Shown: one piece after another, positions 12,545 through 22,695 of the stretch
Layout of the letters: each line of letters starts with the position of its first letter
Numbering within the stretch: the stretch's first letter is position 1
Source: Dimorphilus gyrociliatus
Lineage: Eukaryota; Animalia; Annelida
Reading direction: 5' to 3'
DNA: 64,000 bases
Assembly: GCA_904063045.1 (NCBI GenBank)
Contig: CAJFCJ010000009.1
Location: 476,942-540,941 of the forward strand
The notes under the pieces: generated by a model
Seen by the model: the letters and a program-made list of their open reading frames with translations, nothing else
What the model was told of the DNA's origin: nothing
Databases searched by the model: none
Translations under genes and position numbers: made by a program

Positions 12545-13470
12545 ATGGCAACGATTATACCTAGAACGGTTATTATTGAACCTTCAATTAATCTTAAACG
12601 ACCCTTCATTGATAATGGTGGTGGTTATGAGGCAGCGGCTGAGGCTCTTGCACAGCAAGATGATTTTCTTGACTGCGACGAACATAACTCTGGAACAACA
12701 TGTAGAAAACGTCGTCGATTAACGGTTTTAACTGCTGAAGAAAGATTATTAAGGAGAAAACTAAAGAATCGGGTGGCAGCTCAGGTTGCCAGAGATAGGA
12801 AAAAGCAAAAAATGTCTGAGCTTGAATTGATGATTGAAAATTTGGAGAAACAGAATCAGCTTCTAAGACGAGAAAATCAAGAGTTGAGAGACGAAGTTAA
12901 AAGAGCAAATAAAGAGACTGACCAGTTGCGTTGTTGCCTAAATGATGAAACTACCAGGAGATGCAAAGATGAGGTTACAGAGTCAGCAGTACTCAAAACT
13001 CCTCTGCAGAAGGATTTGAAACCTCTTCTTCTTCTCCAGCTAGTTACTCATGTCCTGGCGACAATTACAACTCTCAGCCTGATTTATTGCAACAACTCGT
13101 CGATGAAATCACAAATTTCTCAGAAACTAATGAAGAAAACCCAAATTTCGAAAAGCACTCAAGTAAAGCCATACAAATGGATCACCAATATAGCAGATCC
13201 GAAGATGAATCTTTTATTGCTACTAATAAAGATGAAAGATCGGAGGAAGAAGAAGAAGAAATAATAGCATTAGATGATGATTTAAAAGAATTGCAAGAAC
13301 TCAGCTTACAATTGCTAGAAGATAACAAGAACGAATCATATCCCTTGAAATTTTCACCAGAGCCTGACGAAACTGAGGCAAGTTCATCCGACGAATCTGG
13401 TTTCTTGAGCGATGACTTTATAAGCGACGTAGAATCATTATTTTCAGATCTATTTCCCTGTTTATCGTAA
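12545..13470 (+). CDS. XBP1: X-box binding protein 1 (bZIP); unspliced ORF 12545-13264, IRE1-spliced ORF ends 13470
   Basis: bZIP RRRLTVLTAEERLLRRKLKNRVAAQVARDRKK; two IRE1 stem-loops; overlapping acidic second frame ending DLFPCLS, like the XBP1s C-terminus ELFPQL. Confidence 0.95.
12987..13006 (+). other. Non-spliceosomal IRE1 intron (20 nt) of XBP1
   Basis: Hairpins GAGT-CAG/CAGT-ACTC and TCCT-CTG/CAGA-AGGA have CNG|CNGN loops; excision puts the 13087-13470 ORF in frame. Confidence 0.88.
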
Positions 13471-13723
13471 AAAGAAAAGATCAATATTAAAGAATAATAT
13501 AGATCGTGTAACATTAGCCAACGTTTGATTTTGTTGTATTATAGTAAAAATATTGTATAATTTACAATACAATTGTAGAAAAGTCTATCGAAATTTTATA
13601 CTCTTTAACATAATATTAACTTTTATATATGATACAATAGTATTACTAGTTTATGGGAAATTCGATATTTTGAATACTTCGGTTTGGCGCCAAAATAGAA
13701 ATTGTATGCAAAAGATCGACAAC

Positions 13724-13736
13724 TAGCGCCATCTGT
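13724..13736 (-). promoter_or_regulatory. CTCF-like motif ACAGATGGCGCTA downstream of XBP1
   Basis: Match to CTCF core; intergenic. Confidence 0.5.
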
Positions 13737-14984
13737 AAATTGAGATTGAAATTAATACGATGGTCGGTAACTTTCGGTTCCTTTGAAAATTAAGAAAGAG
13801 CGGGACTCTTAATCTGTAAAACGAGATCTAGCGATCGTTTGTATATAATTTACAAATACGTCTATCACTTTTCAATAAATAAACAGAAAAAAGGAAGCCG
13901 TCTCATTCAAAATTTAGTGAACAACTATAATCTTACTGATAAGGAAAAAGTTAACATATCTTTTATATATATATATATAAAAGTTGTCTTTCTTCCTTTC
14001 GTTCTAAGTTGAGTAAAAAGGTAATATTTTTTAAAAATAGAGAATATGAGAATATAACGTAAGCAATATTTTTAGAATTAATTTTGTATTTTTACAATAA
14101 TAAGTAATAAATAAAAGTTTGACGTAGTTGTTTGTTCTGTAAGATTCGCCGATATGTATTTTATATACGAAAGATTAATTGCTATAGAGAATATAAAATA
14201 GAAATAGAAAACCAATACAATATACACAATACAGTAAAAAAATACGAACGTCTTTAAGTTGAAAAAACAAACATTTAAATCTCTTTCGATTAAAGTGTTT
14301 CAATAAAATCAATATTGACGAAACGTGAATAATTCGTTGGAAAAGGCATAAAAATGTTCACAGCCTAAAAATTATTAAAAATTCGATAGTCGAATCGATT
14401 TTTTTGTTCAATTTCAAACGAGCGAAAAAATTCCTTTTGACGTCCGAGTGAAAACGTTCTGTAGAGTTTGCCTCCGGCTCCATCTGTCGAACGCTCAGGT
14501 TATTCGATACGATCGCATGACGCGCGTAAACATACATAACTGTATTTAATGTCAGAACGATGAGCGTTAAAATCGCCACCTGCCCAAGGGCGTCGAATTT
14601 TTTTAATTTGTATAGTCCTGCAAATATATAATTATACGTATACAAGTGAATCTTCTATTTTTTGACAAGAAGGATAGACGCCAAAATTGTTGCTTTGACA
14701 TGGAAAAATATAGTTTATCCAATAACAGATCCATATGGGGTACTTTTGAACAATATTTGAAATCTTTGAATGAATTCTTAGCAAATAATTCAAATCAAAT
14801 ATAAGAGTGAAAAATTAGAATAAGTTAAAAATAAACAAAGTAAATGAAACTGAAAGGAAATTGAAATTCCGAATCGCATCAAACTTTAAAAACTACGGCT
14901 AATTTACATATTCGTAAAAGGCTGAGAATCGAAAGAATTCCGAAAGCAGATGCGTTTCTGACCTCTGCTCACGCACGAACTTCG

Positions 14985-15105
14985 CACTAGGTGGCGCGAT
15001 CGTGAGGATCTTAAACGGCGCTAATTTTCAACAATGCTAGCATTTGCCTAATTAGCCATTTCAAATTCGAAATACATTGAATAGTCAAAGTTGCAGATGG
15101 CGCTG
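14985..15105 (+). promoter_or_regulatory. Two co-oriented CTCF-like motifs (CACTAGGTGGCGC 14985-14997; GCAGATGGCGCTG 15093-15105) downstream of DMRT
   Basis: Matches to CTCF core; intergenic. Confidence 0.55.
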
Positions 15106-15307
15106 TTTTTTTTATAAGACCGTCTATCATTGTTTAATGGAATACAATAGGTTTTTATTCAACAACTAGGTAAAAAAAATATAATAGGTTATAAGCTGGA
15201 GAAAAAAGAGAGGGAATGGAGAAATTGAGACAAAATACGTACAAAAAAAGACTAGCAATTATAGACATATAGGACTATTATTACATGATACAGTTAATTA
15301 AAACTCT

Positions 15308-18300
15308 TTATTTAGCATTATCTGCTGGGTTAAATGGATTGTAGCCAGCTTTAGGAAAGATGTTAGCATAACCATTCATAAAACTTGGTAATAGGGGGCT
15401 GTACGGAAGTGGGAAAGGTCTTGGCGGTACCAGAGGAGAAAATCTGGGAGTCGTTGATGTTGGTTTGAAAGCCGCTAAACCCGGTGGTAAAAATGGAGAT
15501 TGAGAGAAAATTGGTAGCGTGACTTGCGGAGTTTCTTGTCCACCAATTTGACCGTTTTGAGGAGACGCTTTAAGTAGCATTTCTATGCACTTTAAAGCGT
15601 CGTTTTGATGTTGACGAAGTGCTCTACTTAATTCACCAGTGCTTTTTAGCGGAAAGAGACGTCTAAGCATATCCAAAGATTTTCCTTCCGGTGTCTCATC
15701 CTCTTCCGAGGCGTCGTCCGTTGTAACATCTATATCATCGTCTTGATCGCCCATAGCCGGAGATTGTGGCGGCGGAGGGGTCGTAGATACCATTGTCGGC
15801 GTCGTCGCGCCATCGTCACTTCGTTTTACTTTCTTCGTTTCTAATTTGGTTTTAAACAATTTTAATACCGTATAGAATGATATAAAAAGGCAGGTGGATG
15901 CTAGATCAAATATAATGATATAAATTCCGGGATTAAGTTTCTAGAAAATACTAGTGTGTATATCCGAGACCATGTAAACGAAACAGTTGATTAAGAAATG
16001 ATGTAAATAGAAAAGACTGTTTCGAATTAGGGCGGAGCTCACGAAAATAAACAGTTATAAAACTCGGGCAGACGATAATGAAATAAATAAACTGATATAT
16101 CTCCAAGTAAATGAAGCGTAAAATATACGTTTGTACAATTGGCGCCATGTGTTCGAGTAACGCCCCAATTTTACTCACTCGGACGCCTTTCTACAATTCT
16201 GATGTAATCAATTAACAAGATCTGCCAGGTGGCCCCTAAGACGTTTTTATTTTGGCTCCTCCCTCATGAATATATTTGTTTGAAAACTCGTTCCTAGATG
16301 AAATTTTTCAAGTATCATAGACGACGCCTGCAGCAGTCCCCGTCATTAACGGCGGCGTCTCTATACGCGTCATCGCTTCGCAATAGACGCTCCGATTAAG
16401 GGGTGCCATCGGCAAGGCGCGTCATTTATCTATAGAAATCTGTAACGGTGATTTGCCTACAAAGCAATGCTTGCCACTTACAGTCGCCATACATCATCGA
16501 CGTCACCAACATGAGCGTCTCGAGGCGTCTCCGAGCGGAAAAAGCGCGACAATTATTCTTTTGTCTTTGATTAATTACAAACGGGTATGGATTTTTATTA
16601 TTTCCCGACAATAATCCTGTCTGATCTTTTTGAGTGAAAAAAAAAGCGTCAAATAGAAATCTATCAAAAAGTAGATTTATATATGTCTTAGTCACTTGGC
16701 AAAAGATTTGTCAATAATGATTTCCAGCTGGGAAAATGGCTTATAACAAATATATAATTATATTGTAATGGTGTCAAAAAAGAAGAATTTTAAAAGAGGA
16801 TAAATGTATATACAGTACATGTCTCTCATGAAAGAATTTGAACAGTTTTATTTAAAAAATACCATTTTCACGCTTTTCTTTTGTCGGAATTATTTGCCGG
16901 AACCTGAGATTTGTTGACAGTTTTTGTCAGAAGTAAATAAAGTAAAATGTATATTTTAAATCATGCATGTATGAACAGCTATTCATAACTTCAAAAAAAA
17001 ATAGCTTTATATCCGTATGCTCACCTTTTCACGTATTGTTTACCTGTCTACTTAACTTGCGGTTAATTACGTTACCATACAGATATATGTATTTGTAATA
17101 AAGTATATAGACTTTCCGCATTTACTTTTAGCACCTTGCCATAAGAATTTATCAAACGGAAGATTTTATTAAAAAATAACTCAATATCATCGCTCTTTCT
17201 TCCTTTTCACTTTTCTTTCACTCTATCTATTTCTCTTTTCATCTTTTATTATGTTTTTTTAAAGACGTATTGTCAATAGATAAAATATAAAATTAAACAA
17301 AATATGAATAAGTTGACTTTCTAATGATTTTCAATATGATAAATATATACATAGGAATTTCATTTAAGGAAACGGCTTTCTTTTTCCCAAAGTCTCGAGT
17401 TTTTCTTTCTCATTAAAAATTCAACCAGACGCCGCTTTTCAACCCCACTGAATTGTCAACAAAATCTCAATTTCACGCAAATATTCACGTACGATTTCTA
17501 AGTGCGAAAACGGAGTGAAATAAGCGTAGTTAAGGCTTTTCGTTTGTTTGAAAAAAGGTAAATTTGTCAACAGTTTAGCAAACGCGCAATATCTAATGTC
17601 AATAAGGCATTGTATATGATCGTGACTGACGAAAAAGATGGCGGCAACCATGTGTTAATGTGGCCCCGAACCGTCGAATGTAAATATTTTAGCTTACACT
17701 TGTTTCCGCCCGTAGTCTTTTTTTTCATTTGATCACGTGACTTGTCTTGTTTAACTGATGGTGACAAGGAATAAGTTCTAAATATTACATTCAGCCACCG
17801 GCGAAGTTCTTTATTCAATTCCTTTTTTTACTCTTCAAGTTTTTCGCGCGAAAAAAGTACTTTCTTTTTCTTTTTTTTACAAATTGAAAGCAAGTATTGC
17901 GCGCATGCGCTTGCGATGGCAAAGCGTTTTGCGCGGACCGCTATTCGTTACACTATTGTTCCGAATAGAATTTCGGGTCGTAACTTGATATAAGTGATCG
18001 TTCAATAAATAAACAAGTAAGTAAAATATGGCTTACCAACTGTCGACTCGCCACTTGAACTTTCGGCTTTTTGCTTGTCCGACCTGCTCAAAGCTAACTT
18101 TGCTGCTTTAACATCCCTTTCATCTAGGACCGGGAGGCTTTCTGAATTTAAAGATAGTAAACCATTCGGACCGTAAAGTAAACCCAATTCTCTAGCTTCA
18201 TTCTCCTCTTGGGCTTGTTGCCTCCTAAGAGCTACCTGGGCAGCCATAACTCTTTGACGTTCGGCAATTAAAGTACATTTAGCGCACATACAATCCCGCC

Positions 18301-18436
18301 AACGGCAGAATCTTTTATGTCCCTTTAAAGCCGAAACAACTCCATGATTTCTACATCTTGCACATTTAGGTGTTCTTGGGTAACGATCCGTAGATCTGAC
18401 GAAGGAAGCACAGGGAGCGTCCGATTCGTCGCTCAT
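15308..18436 (-). CDS. DMRTA2: DM-domain transcription factor of the DMRTA/dmrt99B class with DMA domain; exons 18436-18037 and 15840-15308
   Basis: [66 protein letters not shown]; DMA-like LDMLRRLFP...[10 protein letters not shown]; phase-1 GT-AG junction fits. Confidence 0.92.
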
Positions 18437-18464
18437 GATTCGAATGACCCGATAGTGGAACGTT

Positions 18465-18479
18465 GGCCAGGTGGCGCTG
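18465..18479 (+). promoter_or_regulatory. CTCF-like motif GGCCAGGTGGCGCTG about 30 bp upstream of the DMRT ATG
   Basis: Match to CTCF core. Confidence 0.5.
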
Positions 18480-20343
18480 TAGAGAGCTCGGGGCGAAAAA
18501 TCGCTAATTGAACGGAAATAAATTTTATATACTAATATATATATATAGTTTTATATATATATATAATGCTTATATATACTATATACATAGATTACTTGTA
18601 TACAGTATATTATACATGTAATATTAATAAGTATGTATATATACATGATACACATATTCAATTGTACATAACTCATTCTGTCTCAAAAACCTTTGAATTT
18701 TTCAATGAATAAATGCGACTACAAAAAGGAGGAACACGAAGAATATCCGTTTGCCGATCCTTATCTGACCCGAAAAACCGAAGTCGTTCAAGCGAACTAA
18801 TCTAATAGGACGTTCGAACGACCCGATAGTCGGAAATATATACTAAATAACGCCATTCGTAACAATACAAACTCGCAATTCGGTTCTTTTAAAGCGCCAA
18901 TTCGATACACTATTAGCCGTTCTTTTTTCAAATATAATAATTCTATATGTACAAGTTTTTTATTATACGTTTACCGGTCCGTAATCGTTGCGTTGAGACG
19001 CGTGTTCGCGTGCCTAATTGCCTTTCATATAATATCTATATACAGAGTTTTTCTTTTCATTTTCATTCAAAGTTCGAAGGTGTTGCGTATGAAACGAATG
19101 TTCCTACACTACATAATGTCTATAGAAATTTCTATAGACAATGATAATGAAATTGCCAGAAACTTATAAAGATCTACTCTCTTCGCCATCTTTATTAACT
19201 TTTGAGAAATTTTCAAATATTTCATGTCTTTGTTGAGATAATAAAAATATTTTTAAAACATCTCTATCCATTTTAGTTACAATATATAATTGAAGGGGGC
19301 AGGAATACTCTTGCGCGGGTAGTGTTGTGCCATCTACCGTCTAAAGTGGTATTAAAATGAAATCCTCTCAAGTTTAATCTAATAACTCTTAGAGTGAAAA
19401 GTGAAGAAACTTTATATGCTATCGCTGAATATTGAATTATCTGACAAATATCATCCGTTAATCGAAAGTTTAACCTTAAATATCAGTTTTGATCATTTAC
19501 TTAGAAAGATAAAGTAAAAGTTTTCATAGAAAAAAAATGAAAGTTACTTTGTACTAAAGAATTATAATCTCCAATTTTGTTAAGATTTCGCCTTTTTAGA
19601 CATTTCTTTATCAAAATAAATTTCATTAAGATAATTTTTACAGCATTGGAAAGGAGAGCCTATAATAAGAGTGAAATTTTAATGAATTTCTCAGGTCCTA
19701 TAATTAGGGCAAGGCTATTTCGCCAGATATCATTTTAACTGATATTATAATATCATCAAAGTCAGCTATAATTGAAAAATATCATTAAAAGTAGTAGATA
19801 TATCTATTACAATTGAAATTTATCGATAAGGATTTTCAAGGCTGGGGTTAGGGTATTCTAATTTATAAATTAGGATAATACATCAAAATTTTGACTAAAT
19901 ATAGTCATATCATACTATTAATAAATATCTGATTAATATTAAATTTTCATTAAACTAGGCCAATAATGATTGTTCTTCTTGTTTGGAAACATTTGTTGTT
20001 AATTAAAAATAATGATTGAACAGATGGCTTATGACTATATGGATAAATAAATACTGGAATTTACTTTGAAACTTATGTTTTGCTTTTTTTTGTTGTTTAT
20101 AATTAGTTTGTTTTCATTGTTGAAAAAGAATTGAAGTAGCAATATTAATATTAAATAGTGTTACTCCTATACGATTATTATATATTGAATATTACAATAC
20201 TAGGGGTTCTCAATGAAAGACATAATTTCATTCAAAATGTATTTATCTTACTAAAATTTATAAATATATTGCATATTGTATTTTTAGGTTCAATCGTACT
20301 CTTTAAAGCGATATTTGAAAGATAGGTCCAATTGTCTAGCATA

Positions 20344-21716
20344 TCATATATTTGGGGTTAAAGGAGAATTAGAAAGCAACATTAAATTGTGCATTGTGTC
20401 AGTTTCGATTGAAAAGGGTGTGTCAATAGAACTGGAAGTTTCGGAGATTGAATTTTCAGTACTTTTTGTCTTATTTTGTTGATTATGGTGTCGTTTTAAG
20501 TGAATTTTTAAAGTAGAATTTTGAGCCGTTCTATAGTCGCAATAATCACATTTGAACGGTTTCTCTCCTAAAGTTAAATGAATTTCATTAAAGTGAAATA
20601 AAGTAACTGATGGCAAAATATTTACCAGTGTGTACTCGAATGTGAACCTTTAAATGACTTCTCTCGACAGTTGAATAATTACATTGGCCGCATTTATAGG
20701 GTTTAATGCCCGTGTGTTTGCTCATATGTTTTTTTAAGTGGATTCTCTGGTTAAAGCTCTCTTTACACATTTCACAAGAGAAAGGTTTAGTGGTAGGGTA
20801 CCTTCGTTTCCTTATTTGAGATCTGTTAACATCTGTAGTAACATTGGAATCACCGTTGTTGGAAGAATCTACTGAATCGCCTCCTGATGTAGGAATATTT
20901 GTTAATTGATGGTCAACTTGACGCTTATGTTCTAAATGCTTCTGAAGGTGTCTTCTCCTCTTTTTAGGAACTATAGAATTACAACATTTTTCTAAAACAA
21001 GACCAATACCACAATCACAATTGTCTGTACTGTTACAGCAACAATTATTGCTTGCACAGTTGTCTACTTCTTCGGATCCGCATTTCTGACCCTCTGGTGT
21101 ACACATTACTAAGGGCTCATCTTCACGCCCTCTCTCACTTTCGTCAGAGTCATTGCCTTTTGCACCGCAAAAGCCCGGAGGACACGCACAAATTTCAGCA
21201 CAAGTTTTACTTTGACACCTGTTAGAACTTTCATCCGTAGCCTGTTCTGCGAGTAACATTAGTGGATTATTTTCTTCTACTGGCGTTGGATCTACAGTTG
21301 GTTTAGCAAGAGTTTGTAAAGTAGAATTTATAGCATTCTTAATCATTTCAGTTAGAGCCTTATGATCTCTCTTTGTTGTTTCACTTAAACCCTTTTTTCC
21401 TACATTATTTATTTGGTCCCTGTAGATTCCGAAACCATGAACATTCTGAGCGTGTTTCAGCAATGACCAAGGGGTATAAAACATCTGAGAACAGGTTGTA
21501 CATTGAAGTATTTTTTCCGTATCTTGCTTCTGGTCACAATCGAACCTCTTATGATTCATAAATAGAAGTATGTCAGATAATTGGAAACTCGATTGACACG
21601 TTCCACAAACAAGATAATCTGAGAGGAAAAACAATCACAATCACATTCATCAGATAGAAATTAAAACTATTTGTTGGAAATTCTAAATAGTAACCTTGCT
21701 GGGTGATTATATTCAT
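20344..21716 (-). CDS. BCL11/ZNF296-related zinc-finger protein; first exon uncertain
   Basis: N-terminal CCHC finger DYLVCGTCQSSFQLSDILLFMNHKRFDC and finger CTTCSQMFYTPWSLLKHAQNVHGFGIY resemble BCL11. Three C-terminal C2H2 fingers with TGIKPY/TGEKPF linkers split by a short intron. Candidate first exon 21716-21695 (phase 1); an alternative start lies near 21836. Confidence 0.8.
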
Positions 21717-22542
21717 ATTTTTGAAAATTTATTTTGCTGATTTGTTCTGACCTTGTTGATAGCGGATCTTTTTTGCACTCAGCTCTTCACGTTTTCGATC
21801 AATAACCAGAAGCAAGTGCAAAATTTTAGCCGCCATCTGCTGAATAATTAACAGTTTCAAAGTGTGGAAAATCTTGGTAAAAAACTTTAAAGATGATTAG
21901 ATCGTACATAATTGAAAGAAAAAATCTTTCAAATTAATTTTAAAGCTTGCAAAAAGCTTGAACAATTATTTTTTCCTAACTTCCGCTTGAATACTAATCG
22001 ACACTACGATATAGAAATTTTTTCTAATAAAATTTTCACTGCTATTTTTTATATTTCGTTTTATCTCAATATATTCTGGAAAAATACTTTAATAAATAAT
22101 TCTGTTTATTTTAATAGAAATATTCTTAACTGCGGTCTTAAGAACCCTAAGGTCAAGGTTAGAATTGTTTGTTGTTCACTGAAGTGCTATTCGAGGTTGT
22201 TTTTTTTTTACTTTTATAAAATATACAATTTTCACTCATCGTCATTATGATAGCTATCCCCCTATGTAGTACTATATCATGTAGGATAGTCTAATGCAGG
22301 TTATTTAGAGCTGTTGTTTTTGTTAGGTCCGTATTCTAATTGAGTGGTGTACCTGTGTGTTCGACGCACAATGCAATTAGCAACAGCTGGTTTTTTCATT
22401 TTAGGAAATTCAACTAGTAGCCTTAAAAAGTCCCTAAGGTCTATAATTCACTTTCTTCTAGCTATCAATGACGTAGAACTTTTCAAAAAGGTAAGATTTG
22501 CTTATCTAGGACGGTCGCCGACTTTCAATATCGAACAAAGTC

Positions 22543-22545
<3 letters not shown>

Positions 22546-22601
<56 letters not shown>
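22546..22601. repeat. (TA)28 microsatellite
   Basis: Perfect TA run about 95 bp upstream of the CPT1 ATG. Confidence 0.95.
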
Positions 22602-22602
<1 letters not shown>

Positions 22603-22695
22603 TGTACAAGTACATGATTTAAACTCGTACTTTAGTAATATTGTTTTCAATTAATTATTTCAACAATCGTAATGAACCCGCATTTCAATAGACAT

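Noticed and set aside
17945-18915. Possible DM-domain autoregulatory sites (GTTACACTATTG, GATACACTATT)
   Set aside because: Lack the ACAATGT/ACATTGT core.
22344-22622. 92-aa ORF with YIYIYI run
   Set aside because: Translation of the (TA)28 microsatellite.
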